Source: Thermomicrobiales bacterium
GTDB lineage: Bacteria > Chloroflexota > Chloroflexia > Thermomicrobiales > UBA6265
Reading direction: 5' to 3'
DNA length: 64,000 nt
Assembly: GCA_020432165.1 (NCBI GenBank)
Contig: JAGQGU010000001.1
Span: 273,705-337,704, forward strand
The notes under the pieces were generated by a model. The model was not told the origin of the DNA, did no database searches, and was given only the letters and a program-made list of their open reading frames with translations. The position numbers were made by a program, and so were the translations under genes. Positions 9,004-18,382 of the stretch are shown in pieces (within the stretch, counting starts at the first letter, position 1; each line of letters opens with the position of its first letter).

Positions 9004-11062
9004 ATCCAACGATATCGAACGCTACGTCCGCGTGGGTTGGGGCGTGGCGCTGATTGTGCTCTGCCTCGTTGTCTTGCGCAGAATCGGTGCCTTCGATCTG
9101 ACAGCCACGCTTTCTTCCGGCCGAACCGTTATCGATACATACGGCACGGTCGATCATCCCTTCCATGCTGCCCGCGCGGCCGAACTTCTGGAATCGCTGA
9201 AGAATGGCGAGATTCTGCGGTGGATGGGTAGCCACCAGGGCGGATATCCGGTGGAGTTCTACCCGCTTGGTGTCGCCTGGCTGGATGTAGCCGCCTGGGC
9301 GGCGCTCCTTGGCCATTTTTCCATCCTCGCGATCCACAAGCTGGTTGTTGGACTGATCTTCATCCTCCCGGCATTGGCGTATTGGTTACTGGTGCGGGGT
9401 GATCGCATTCATCCCTCTGCCGCCTTCCTGGCCATGTCGATCCACGTTGCCGTTCCCGGATTCTGGCTGAATGGTGGTTACGAGGAACTGGTCGGCTGGG
9501 GACTCGTCACCAATGTCGCGGGCGCGAGCTTCGCGGTTATCAGTACTGTTTTGCTGGCTCGGTATGTGCTATACAGCGATCATCGTTGTGGTATAGGTGC
9601 CGTTTGCACGATTGCGCTCGGCACCGTTTGCAATCCGAGATCGCTTTTTGGTGTGGCCATCGCCGCGCTTCTTGTCGCCTTTTGGCAGCTCATCACTGAT
9701 ACGGAATCGGATTGGCGGCAACGCCTCCGTGGTGCTGTTCTTCCCGTCGCAACCGTAGGGGGTCTTGCCTTCCTCATCGCGGCACCGGTGGTGGTGCCGC
9801 TCATGCGCTATAGCGATCAGTATTTCTTTCTTCACTACCAATTCTACGATCCGCTCAGCATGTTTTGGGATGCGCTGGTAACAGCACTGACCACACCCAT
9901 CTTATGGATTGCGATAGTCAGTGGTGTCGGAATGGTGATGCTCCTGCGAGTGACGACGCTTCGGGTTACACAGGTGTTGGCACTGGTTGCTGGAGCATAT
10001 TCCCTCTTCACGATCTGGGTGGCAACGACTGACAATCCTCCACCGTTGGTGGAACAGCTTGAGGCACCACGCCTGATGCCATTCCAGCGCCAGATCATGA
10101 TCGCCCTGGCGGCTATGGGGCTTGTGGTGACCCTTCAGTGGCTTCTGAAGAACGTAGCCAACATCTGGCGGGAAGCTATCATCGCAATCCTCGTCCTTGG
10201 TGTTAGCGTTGTCGGTATTCGCCATGCCTCTGACCCGAATCGGGATGTTGCCGCCAACGAGGTAGCGATGTACCAGGTTAGCACCGTTGGTGATCAACGC
10301 TTTGCGGATCTTGAAGATGCCGTTCGCGCTGCCAACGATGCCCGTCCTGAAGGCTCGGCTATCTTCGTGGTTGGTAATCAACAGGATTGGTGGCACGAGC
10401 AGCTCTGGGCACCCGGAATCGAGCAGGGCACCTACTATTACGACGATTGGCTCTGGTACTGGCACGATGACCAATCTGGCCCCTACGACCCCTCCAGTGG
10501 CTACTACATGCCCAATCCGACCTATGCATTTACCAACGAGTACTTCCAGACGCATGGTATCGGTGTGGTGATGGTGAGCGACATGTGGGTTTCCAGTGGA
10601 CCTTCACCGCGGAATGCCGCCGCTGAGAATGAACTATTGGTGTACGTTGGCACCTGGGGAAGCTGGGATGTCTACACCGTGGTCGATCCTGGCAGCACGG
10701 TCACACGCGGCGATGATACCCCTGTCTCGGTATCTGTCGAGAACGAGCGCATAGAAGCCACGTTTGCGGATGGCAGCGGCGAGATCATCGTCCGGCAGAA
10801 TTGGTTCCCGCGTTGGCAGGCCACGGTGAATGAGAAAACCGTCGAGATCACGCGTACGGATGATGGTTACATGAGTATTGCCGTCCCCGACGGTGCGGTA
10901 GATTTGGTGCTCACGTATGAGGTGACGGCGGTGGATTGGGCAGCGCGTGCCGCCAGCGTGCTCGGTGTGGCTGGTACACTTCTCTTCGCCGCTCGCGGTC
11001 GAAGTCTACGACCCAGTTCCTCCGAGGAGATGCCCCGTGTCGCACCAACCATCATCAACTGA
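8990..11062 (+). CDS. Large polytopic membrane protein with C-terminal soluble domain (possible GT-C-type glycosyltransferase)
   Basis: About 690 aa. The first ~400 aa contain roughly a dozen hydrophobic segments, followed by a W/Y/D-rich soluble tail. ATG 8990 overlaps the stop of the preceding gene. The function is inferred from architecture and neighbours only. Confidence 0.6.
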   Translation: MTPSKSNDIERYVRVGWGVALIVLCLVVLRRIGAFDLTATLSSGRTVIDTYGTVDHPFHAARAAELLESLKNGEILRWMGSHQGGYPVEFYPLGVAWLDVAAWAALLGHFSILAIHKLVVGLIFILPALAYWLLVRGDRIHPSAAFLAMSIHVAVPGFWLNGGYEELVGWGLVTNVAGASFAVISTVLLARYVLYSDHRCGIGAVCTIALGTVCNPRSLFGVAIAALLVAFWQLITDTESDWRQRLRGAVLPVATVGGLAFLIAAPVVVPLMRYSDQYFFLHYQFYDPLSMFWDALVTALTTPILWIAIVSGVGMVMLLRVTTLRVTQVLALVAGAYSLFTIWVATTDNPPPLVEQLEAPRLMPFQRQIMIALAAMGLVVTLQWLLKNVANIWREAIIAILVLGVSVVGIRHASDPNRDVAANEVAMYQVSTVGDQRFADLEDAVRAANDARPEGSAIFVVGNQQDWWHEQLWAPGIEQGTYYYDDWLWYWHDDQSGPYDPSSGYYMPNPTYAFTNEYFQTHGIGVVMVSDMWVSSGPSPRNAAAENELLVYVGTWGSWDVYTVVDPGSTVTRGDDTPVSVSVENERIEATFADGSGEIIVRQNWFPRWQATVNEKTVEITRTDDGYMSIAVPDGAVDLVLTYEVTAVDWAARAASVLGVAGTLLFAARGRSLRPSSSEEMPRVAPTIIN

Positions 11063-11072
11063 TCTTTGGCTG

Positions 11073-12239
11073 ATGAACGACGCCTTTCCGCAGGGACGAC
11101 TTCTCGAGAGTTACTACGATCGTGATGTTACCCGCCTGAGCGATCGTGGACTTGCCAGCAATATGATTGGCGACCGCTGGAGCGATATCTGTGCCGAGGT
11201 TGTGGAGTCTTGGCCTGGTTCCGCGATTACTCTGCCGGACGGAATCACCGTACAGGTTGAGTCGGTGTATCGCCTCGATGCGATCCCGCAGCTCGCACGC
11301 ATTGCCTCCAAACGTGGTTTGCAGAATCCCGACTTTATCCTTTCCGGTACCGAGAACGGTGAGACGATACTGGCAGCTATTGATGCCAAGTTCTCGATTG
11401 ATACTGCCAAGAACTCACAGGTCGCAGCCGACACGCTCACGGCGCTGTTGGAAGTAGGGGAGCTTATTACCGATTTGCTTCCGGGTATCGATTTGCAGGT
11501 ACGCGTGCTGGATGGGTACTTTCTCTCGCCGGAATCCCCACTGACGGATTACGTGCTCAATCTCCGCCGCGGTCGGCTGGCTGCGCGGGTTCGACGTGAT
11601 CGGGTGATACTCCTACCGCTCACGCCTGTGCAGTTCATCAAGCCACTCCAGGGTTCTCGCCTGATCGGTACCGTGGCGACAATCGACGGATTGCGTCAGG
11701 AGATTCGCAGTAACCTTCTGTTGGCCATGTACTACTTCCGCCTTGTGCGTGCCTGTTTCGGCGCATATATCGAGTCGAAGACACCGCTGCTTGGTGCAAT
11801 GGGCACACCTATGGTTAACGAACCGGATATAGAGCAGATCACGATCGAGATGGCGCGAGGTATCCAGAGTTCGTGGCAGCTTGTCCTCTCCTGGGATGAG
11901 CGTGCCGAGCATGTGCGCCGACAACGTGACGCCGTCAACGTGGCGACGAATCTGCCAATGCGCAGCCACGAACTGCGTGATCGTGTGGTTGCGGAGGCTG
12001 AATTACGCGGTATCGACGCGCCGAGCATCAACAGTGTCCGACGCGCCTTCGGATCCTGGTACCGACAACAGTTTGATGATGCTATCGGTACGATTCCCGC
12101 TCCGGTGGATGACTTGCCAGGCCTGCTGGAGCGTATTCACACCGTCGCGGCCACACTGACACCCGAAGTCCAACCTGCGCTGGAGCGAGTGCTGGACGCA
12201 GCGTTCGCGCAAAAGGCAAGTGAGTTGAACGCAGAATAA
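11073..12239 (+). CDS. Hypothetical protein with PD-(D/E)XK nuclease-like motif
   Basis: 388 aa from an internal ATG 10 nt after the upstream stop. The motif NPDFILSGTENGETILAAIDAKF (nt 11328-11390) fits PD..(D/E)xK spacing. There is no other recognisable domain. Confidence 0.6.
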   Translation: MNDAFPQGRLLESYYDRDVTRLSDRGLASNMIGDRWSDICAEVVESWPGSAITLPDGITVQVESVYRLDAIPQLARIASKRGLQNPDFILSGTENGETILAAIDAKFSIDTAKNSQVAADTLTALLEVGELITDLLPGIDLQVRVLDGYFLSPESPLTDYVLNLRRGRLAARVRRDRVILLPLTPVQFIKPLQGSRLIGTVATIDGLRQEIRSNLLLAMYYFRLVRACFGAYIESKTPLLGAMGTPMVNEPDIEQITIEMARGIQSSWQLVLSWDERAEHVRRQRDAVNVATNLPMRSHELRDRVVAEAELRGIDAPSINSVRRAFGSWYRQQFDDAIGTIPAPVDDLPGLLERIHTVAATLTPEVQPALERVLDAAFAQKASELNAE

Positions 12240-12250
12240 CTCAGCAGGTG

Positions 12251-13075
12251 TTACTTGATGAGATAGGCGAAGATACCCACCCACACGACAAACTGCACAG
12301 CCAGGCTTCCGCCCAACAGGAAGCGGGGGAGGAAATGACCCCAACGGGCGAGGAACCAGGCAATAACACCGCTGATGAGCGTGATCATGCCCGCGATGAG
12401 CGGCATGCGCCAGACCGCACTACTATCCTCAGCGACCTGCACTCCGCCATTGGCATTGATATGTGTGGGGATAACCGCATCGAGCCCGTCTCGCTTGAGT
12501 GCGACGACAATGATCATCACAATTACGCTCAACAGACCGGCTCCGAACATCGAAAGTGACATTCGATCCTTCACCAGTGGTGCTTCGGCAATCATTGGTG
12601 GCAGCGCGAAGCCTGTCCCACCTCGGTTCTGGCGTGGTCTGCGTTCTTGCGGACGCCGTCGCTGCGGTCGTTCCTGAATCTCTTCATCGTCCACGTAGGG
12701 ATCGTCGTAGAGATCGTCTTCGTATTCCACTACCGGTTGGCGGCGGCTGGTTTGTCGGCGGGTCGGTGCTACAGGTGCGGGTTCGTATTCATCCTCGTAT
12801 CCGTAGCCGTCGTCTTCATACTCCTGCCAGTCCTGATCGTCATCGGCATAGGTGCCGTAATCATCCTGATACTCAGGCTCAAACTGCTGAGGTGCTGCAG
12901 GCATCTGGCCGGTACTCTGACTACGGCCATAAGGATCGAAGCGGGGTTGTTTGGCTGGCTGACCGGACATATAACGATCCAGCTCATCGGCATCCAGACC
13001 AAAGCCACCAGTCTGTCGACTCTGACTGCTGCTGGAGGGTCGATTGTATCGGCTGGAGCCATCTCGAGATGTCAC
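12251..13075 (-). CDS. Membrane protein with long low-complexity acidic/Q/P/Y-rich N-terminal region
   Basis: GTG start preceded by GAGGAAGGAAG. The N-terminal ~170 aa are low complexity (QEYEDDGYGYEDEYEP, PQRRRPQERRPRQ). The C-terminal ~100 aa carry three hydrophobic segments. Confidence 0.65.
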   Translation of the reverse strand: MTSRDGSSRYNRPSSSSQSRQTGGFGLDADELDRYMSGQPAKQPRFDPYGRSQSTGQMPAAPQQFEPEYQDDYGTYADDDQDWQEYEDDGYGYEDEYEPAPVAPTRRQTSRRQPVVEYEDDLYDDPYVDDEEIQERPQRRRPQERRPRQNRGGTGFALPPMIAEAPLVKDRMSLSMFGAGLLSVIVMIIVVALKRDGLDAVIPTHINANGGVQVAEDSSAVWRMPLIAGMITLISGVIAWFLARWGHFLPRFLLGGSLAVQFVVWVGIFAYLIK

Positions 13076-13168
13076 GATAGCTGCTTCCTTCCTCGGTCGG
13101 CTACGTCGCTTCCTTAGACAATCATACCGGATATCAACAAGGGAGATATCCGGTATGACTGAAAAACG

Positions 13169-14689
13169 TTACGCAGGGGTGGACGCTGGTGATGCTTCCG
13201 GGCTCGCGACCGGTGATGCTTCTGGCGTCGCCGATGTCGGGATAGCCGGGCCTTGCACCGGTGTCGCACTCAGATCCGGTGCGGATACAGGTGTGGCAGT
13301 GATCGGTGTTGGTGCATCAGCGGGTGCCGCGAAGGCAGTAGCCGTCGGCTCCGGTGTCGGATTGTAGTAGTCCGACTTGATCTCGCTCTTGGCGCGTTGC
13401 TCGTCCAGCATGGCGGTCTTGGCAGCGGCCACGGCGTTGTCGTACTGGGTATCGGTTAACGGACGGTCATCGTCCTTGTCCGTCACCATCACGATATGCC
13501 AACCGTAACCTGACTGAATCGGCTCCGAAACGGTGTCCGGTGTCATCGTAAAGACAACCGCGTCGACTTCAGTCGGCAATTCGCCTTCGGTCACCCAACC
13601 GAGCTGACCACCATTTGCCGATGTGGTGCTATCGATGGAGTAGATAGCGGCAGCATCCTCGAAGGTGATCTCACCACTTGTGATCTTGCCGTAGACCTCA
13701 TTGGCGAGTTCTTCGGTGCTCACAAGAATGTGGCTGACTTCCACCTGCGGGGCACTCTGCGCCACGCTGGCGGTGATCTTGGCATCTACTTCTGCACGTG
13801 CGACTTGCGGCTTCGCGAAGAGATTCAGGTATTCCGCCTCGGAGAGGCCAACATCAGGGAGAATCTCTTTGACGAAGGTTTGATAGTCGGTTTGCGCTGT
13901 CGCTTCGATCTCCACCATATTGGGTGTTGCTTCAACAACTGGCGTTGCACCCGGTGTGCCCTCGGCCACAGGGGTTGCCATAGGTGTGCCCAGTGCCTCT
14001 GCTGTCTGCGCTGCGGCAGTCTGGTCGGCTTCGGCGGTTTGCGTCGCCCATTCGGCCCGCTCCGGAATCAGTGTGGGCGAGGGGATAGCTGTTGCCACCG
14101 GTGAATCGAGCGGCGCGAAGTTGTTCAGCGCATACTGCTGCAGCACCGGCATACTCATGTCTACGCCCTGCTCTTCAGCGGCCTGAACATAGAGCATATC
14201 TTCGATCATCTGCGTTAACGTGGCTTCACTCACATCCGTGGAGCCTTCCACGTCCTTGCGAGCCGCATCAAGCTGGGCAGAGTAGAGGAGGAACTGGCTC
14301 TGCTCCGAGCCGGTGTACTGGAGGGCGAGTTCCTCATAGACGCGGGCCTGGTTATACAGAGAAATGTTCTGGTATTTCCAGTAGTCGCGACGGGTGATCT
14401 CCTGACCGTTAACGGTGGCGATCACCTGGTTCGGCATAATGCGGTATTGCCACAATGCTCCGATACCGAGCGAGAGGATGATCAGACCAGCAGCAATCCC
14501 GAGGCCGATGTAGAGCCATCGCTGGTATTGAGCTTCCTTCTGCTGCTGGGTCATGTATTTCTTCTGACCCGAGCCGGTGCTTCCGCGCTTCGGGCGCGTT
14601 GCATTGCTGCTGGATGCCTGATTTCGACTGGAGCCGCGGGGGGCGTTTCCACTCGATTGCTGCGAAGTTTTCTTGTTCTCGTCAGTCAT
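13169..14689 (-). CDS. Membrane-anchored parvulin-type peptidyl-prolyl isomerase (PpiC/PrsA/SurA-like)
   Basis: Basic N-terminus, one TM segment (WLYIGLGIAAGLIILSLGIGALW), a parvulin domain (SHILVSTEELA..GGQLGWVTEGEL..GYGWHIVMV) and a P/T/A-rich C-terminal tail. Confidence 0.8.
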   Translation of the reverse strand: MTDENKKTSQQSSGNAPRGSSRNQASSSNATRPKRGSTGSGQKKYMTQQQKEAQYQRWLYIGLGIAAGLIILSLGIGALWQYRIMPNQVIATVNGQEITRRDYWKYQNISLYNQARVYEELALQYTGSEQSQFLLYSAQLDAARKDVEGSTDVSEATLTQMIEDMLYVQAAEEQGVDMSMPVLQQYALNNFAPLDSPVATAIPSPTLIPERAEWATQTAEADQTAAAQTAEALGTPMATPVAEGTPGATPVVEATPNMVEIEATAQTDYQTFVKEILPDVGLSEAEYLNLFAKPQVARAEVDAKITASVAQSAPQVEVSHILVSTEELANEVYGKITSGEITFEDAAAIYSIDSTTSANGGQLGWVTEGELPTEVDAVVFTMTPDTVSEPIQSGYGWHIVMVTDKDDDRPLTDTQYDNAVAAAKTAMLDEQRAKSEIKSDYYNPTPEPTATAFAAPADAPTPITATPVSAPDLSATPVQGPAIPTSATPEASPVASPEASPASTPA

Positions 14690-14808
14690 GTGCGTCCTCG
14701 TGTGGCGACATTGCTCGGGTAGCGTGTGTGGCTGATAGCAGAAAAGCGCGCATCACGGGGCGAGATGGTTCCCGTAAGCGCGCCATTCTGACGGACGATA
14801 GCTACGAA

Positions 14809-15141
14809 CTATCCGCGCGGGGCGCTGCTGGTGAAAGGCAGCAACGCAATGTAACGGGCGCGCTTGATAGCAACGGTTACGGAGCGCTGGTGGCGCGCGC
14901 AGGTGCCCAGCTTGCGGCGGGGCTCGATCTTGCCGCGCTCGCCGACATGACGGCGAAGGCGGGCGAGATCCTTGTAATCAACGTGGCGGATGTTGTCTGC
15001 ACAATACTGGCAGACCTTGCGGCGACCGCCGAAACTGCGGCTGCTGCTGGAGCCACCGCTGCGGCGAGCGCCACCACGGGCACCGCCCTGTGCGCCGCCA
15101 AAACGGCTTGGTCGAGATTCAGTATTCTGGGAGTCTGTCAT
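14809..15141 (-). CDS. rpsR: 30S ribosomal protein S18
   Basis: [60 protein letters not shown] is the S18 core. It carries an RGG/S-rich N-terminal extension. Confidence 0.95.
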   Translation of the reverse strand: MTDSQNTESRPSRFGGAQGGARGGARRSGGSSSSRSFGGRRKVCQYCADNIRHVDYKDLARLRRHVGERGKIEPRRKLGTCARHQRSVTVAIKRARYIALLPFTSSAPRG

Positions 15142-15170
15142 TTCTTGCTTTCCTGTTTCTGTGCTGAGAT

Positions 15171-15671
15171 CTAGAACGGCACATCATTCATATCGCTCGG
15201 ATCACCCGAGCCGAACTGATCATCGTTGTATTGGCTGCCAGAGTACTGGCTGCCGCCCTGCGAGGGATCGAAGTCGCCATCATTCCGACGATTCTGGAAG
15301 TTGCCACCACCCTGGCCGCCCTGCTGGTTTTGTTGGTTGTTACCAATGAACTGCCAGTCAGACAGGCGTACATCCAGGGAGGTTCGCTGCTGGCCGTCAT
15401 TACCTGTGTACTGACGCGCCTCCATCTGGCCCTCTACATAAAGCTGACGACCCTTGGCGATATAGCCCTTCTGGACCATATTCGCCAGCCGTTCAGCCTG
15501 TTCGCCGAAGGCGCTCACCCGGAACCAGGTCGTAGCCCGCTCACCACCACCGCTGCGGAAGAACCCTTGCGCAGCCATGGAGAACGAAACGACCAACTGG
15601 CCCGACTGAAGATAGCGGGATTCCGGATCTTGACCCAGATTTCCTACGATTGCGACTTTGGCGAAACTCAT
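15171..15671 (-). CDS. ssb: Single-stranded DNA-binding protein
   Basis: OB-fold start ([15 protein letters not shown]..), a G/Q/N-rich linker and the acidic tip ending DVPF. It sits between rpsF and rpsR. Confidence 0.95.
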   Translation of the reverse strand: MSFAKVAIVGNLGQDPESRYLQSGQLVVSFSMAAQGFFRSGGGERATTWFRVSAFGEQAERLANMVQKGYIAKGRQLYVEGQMEARQYTGNDGQQRTSLDVRLSDWQFIGNNQQNQQGGQGGGNFQNRRNDGDFDPSQGGSQYSGSQYNDDQFGSGDPSDMNDVPF

Positions 15672-15692
15672 GTGGGGCTCCTTCCGCTTCGG

Positions 15693-16211
15693 TTACTCCG
15701 CCGGAGCTTCCTCTGCTTCCTCGACTTCTTCATCTGCCACGGCTTCTTCGGCCTCGGCGATGACTTCCTCGGTTGCTTCCTCTACAGCCTCGACTTCGTC
15801 AGCGGCTTCCTCGGCGATATCCTCGGACTCGTCGAGGGCTTCAGCGACTTCCTCGCCTTCAACTGTCTGCTCGCCCATGTTCTCGTCATAGCTCAGCAAC
15901 AGGTAGCGGATGACATTGGTATCCAGCTTCAGCTCACGCTCGATATCGCTCAGCGTGCTCGGCAATGTGGTGAAGTAGGCCAGCACATAGTAGCCATCAC
16001 GATAGTCCACACCCTCATGGCGAATGGTGTAGGCCAGGCGACGGCGGCCCCACGGGGAATCGGTGCTCAGGCTATCGATGGTGCCGTTCTGCTCGGAGAT
16101 ATACCCGACCAGAGCTTCCACCGCCGCCTGTGTTTCCGCCTCTGGCTGATCTGGCAGAAGAATCGCCATCAGTTCGTAGGCGCGGGGCTGAATGTATTGA
16201 GACTTATCCAA
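15693..16211 (-). CDS. rpsF: 30S ribosomal protein S6 with acidic C-terminal extension
   Basis: The S6 core is RAYELMAILLPD..SPWGRRRLAYTIRH..GYYVLAYF. A TTG start at 16211 is proposed, preceded by AGGAAGGA. The ORF-track ATG at 16310 would add a non-conserved N-terminus. The C-terminal ~70 aa are E/A/V-rich. Confidence 0.9.
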   Translation of the reverse strand: MDKSQYIQPRAYELMAILLPDQPEAETQAAVEALVGYISEQNGTIDSLSTDSPWGRRRLAYTIRHEGVDYRDGYYVLAYFTTLPSTLSDIERELKLDTNVIRYLLLSYDENMGEQTVEGEEVAEALDESEDIAEEAADEVEAVEEATEEVIAEAEEAVADEEVEEAEEAPAE

Positions 16212-16370
16212 AAGGTTTCCTTCCTTTGGGTTTCTACCGGCAACATTTGCCGACAGAGAAAGGTATGGCGGTGTTGCCGCACACACAGAACACAACAGGA
16301 ACCCATGCAAAGCAGGGTCCCGACGGATCAGTATACCGCCTTCTGGTTGTGCTTATCCACTATTGAGGAG

Positions 16371-17561
16371 CTACTTCTCCAGCGTCAATCCGACCAGTGC
16401 CCCCAGCTCACGAAGCTGCTCTTGCGCGGCCCGGACATCTGCGCCCGGATTCTGGAGAATTTCTTCGGCCAGTTCATCCAGGGCAGCTACCGCGCTGATC
16501 GTATCAAGGTCATTATCCATGGCTGCCAGGAAGCGCTCGCGATAGGGATCGGCATCCAGAGCCTCGCCATTGCCGGTCGGCTGATGCGCCGCTTCGGCCA
16601 GGGCCACAGCGGTGGCTGCGTACCGGGGCGTTTCGGCATCGAACCACTCCCAACGGTCGCGATAGTGGTGGGCCAGCAGCGCCAGTCGAATCGCATCTGC
16701 CGAGTAATCGCCCAACAAATCACGAATGTAGACGAGGTTGCCGAGCGACTTGCTCATCTTCTCGCCCTCGTAATCCACCATCGCCACATGCATCCAGTAC
16801 TTGACGTAGGGGGCTTCACCGGTGGCGTTCTCCGCCTGGGCGATCTCGCACTCGTGATGAGGGAAGATCAGATCGTGACCACCGCCATGGATCGCGAAGG
16901 TATCTCCCAGATATTTCTGAGCCATCGCGGTGCATTCGATGTGCCAGCCAGGTCGACCTTCACCCCACGGCGTCTCCCAGGTTGGTTCGCCCGGCTTGGC
17001 CGCCTGCCAAAGCACGAAATCCAGCGGATCCTGCTTGTTGGGATCGTTGGGGAAGTTGCCCCGCTCATTCGCTGTCGGTAGCCATTCAGCCTGAGGCAGG
17101 TGACTGAGCTTGCCGAATCCCTCGCTCTTGGCGACGGAGAAGTAAACACTGCCATCTACTTCGTAGGCGAAGCCCTTATCCAGCAATGCCTGAATCAACT
17201 CCAGCATTTCCGGGATGTGCGCAGTCGCCGCCACATAGTGATCGAACGGGATCGCGTGCATCTGCTTCATATCGTCCAGATACTGGTTCGTTTCCTGATC
17301 ACCCAACTCGCGCCAGGTCATGCCGCGTTCTTTGGATTTGCGAATGATGTCGTCATCGATATCGGTCACATTCTGGACGTAGGTGACATCGTATCCGTGA
17401 TAGCGGAGGTAACGCACCAGGACATCGAAGGTGAGAAAAGTGAATGCATGCCCGATATGAGTAGTGTCGTACGGTGTCACACCACAAACGTAGACACCTA
17501 CCTTGTTGTCATCAACGACGAATTCCTCGATCTGTTGCGATTGGGAATTGTAGAGACGCAT
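16371..17561 (-). CDS. CysRS-family class I ligase, short form (cysteine--tRNA ligase or MshC-like cysteine ligase)
   Basis: Motifs seen: VYVCGVTPYDTTHIGHAFTF (HIGH), GRPGWHIECTAM, GGGHDLIFPHHECEIAQ and KMSKSLGN. The start is taken at ATG 17561 (MRLYNSQ), with AAGGAG 9 nt upstream. The protein is about 396 aa and ends right after the DNDLDT helix bundle, with no long C-terminal extension. Confidence 0.85.
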   Translation of the reverse strand: MRLYNSQSQQIEEFVVDDNKVGVYVCGVTPYDTTHIGHAFTFLTFDVLVRYLRYHGYDVTYVQNVTDIDDDIIRKSKERGMTWRELGDQETNQYLDDMKQMHAIPFDHYVAATAHIPEMLELIQALLDKGFAYEVDGSVYFSVAKSEGFGKLSHLPQAEWLPTANERGNFPNDPNKQDPLDFVLWQAAKPGEPTWETPWGEGRPGWHIECTAMAQKYLGDTFAIHGGGHDLIFPHHECEIAQAENATGEAPYVKYWMHVAMVDYEGEKMSKSLGNLVYIRDLLGDYSADAIRLALLAHHYRDRWEWFDAETPRYAATAVALAEAAHQPTGNGEALDADPYRERFLAAMDNDLDTISAVAALDELAEEILQNPGADVRAAQEQLRELGALVGLTLEK

Positions 17562-17728
17562 GCTGCGTTGCTCCTTGGTAGTGGCCATAAACCGGCCTGG
17601 CATCGATTACTACACGAAATACTGTAACTTCACGAAATGCAGTGTACCAGTATTCTGGCACCTGAAAAGGCTCTCGTAACCACCCATCGCTGGTATGCTC
17701 TCCCTTGATGATGTTGCAAGGAGATTGC

Positions 17729-18370
17729 ATGAATCCATTCGCCAAAATCCGCTCGGCCTCCATCATGACACTGGCACTATGGGTATGCCTTGCCGTACCC
17801 GTGTTTGCGCAGAGTTCTACACCCGAAGCAGGCCTTACCTCGGATGCCAACGCCCACTGCATCGAATCACGTCTACGCGTTGGTGACCTGAAATCTATCG
17901 ACAATACGATCGAGCCTGGGGTGAAGCGTGCAACTGAGGAAGCCACGCAATGGCAGAGCGATGCTCGTCTCTACACCCTTCGACTTGGCTGTTCGTTGCT
18001 GGTGACCGGTGTAAAGTGGGAAGGCGTCTTCTTCTCTGAATCTGCCCAGGCGTTCTATGAAACGGACACCGGCAAGGTCGAGCCAGTGGAAGTGGAGCCA
18101 AAACTGATTCCGACGCTGGAGCCATCGGAGTTCAAGATGTCGCTCGTCTACGAAGCACTCATCGCCTACGGATTTACCGATGATCTGCTTCTAACCCCGG
18201 CCGGTGGCGTGACCATCAAGACAAATACCAACCAGCTTCCTTTCGGTCCACCCAGCACCAGTAAGGATACGGTTTACGCTCATGTGGCTGTGGAACAGCA
18301 GGATGTGATCGTGGACGTCTGGATCTCGATGGCGGATTATTCGGTTCACACCTATCGGGTTGGGGATTAG
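17729..18370 (+). CDS. Hypothetical secreted protein
   Basis: ATG 17729 is preceded by AAGGAG. A signal-peptide-like N-terminus is present (MNPFAKIRSASIMTLALWVCLAVPVFAQSS). No recognised domain. Confidence 0.6.
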   Translation: MNPFAKIRSASIMTLALWVCLAVPVFAQSSTPEAGLTSDANAHCIESRLRVGDLKSIDNTIEPGVKRATEEATQWQSDARLYTLRLGCSLLVTGVKWEGVFFSESAQAFYETDTGKVEPVEVEPKLIPTLEPSEFKMSLVYEALIAYGFTDDLLLTPAGGVTIKTNTNQLPFGPPSTSKDTVYAHVAVEQQDVIVDVWISMADYSVHTYRVGD

Positions 18371-18382
18371 CGGGGAGCGATC

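Noticed and set aside
15231-17081. 616-aa ORF on the plus strand
   Set aside because: It runs antisense across ssb, rpsF and the CysRS-family gene, all clearly real. Its composition is low-complexity with no motifs.
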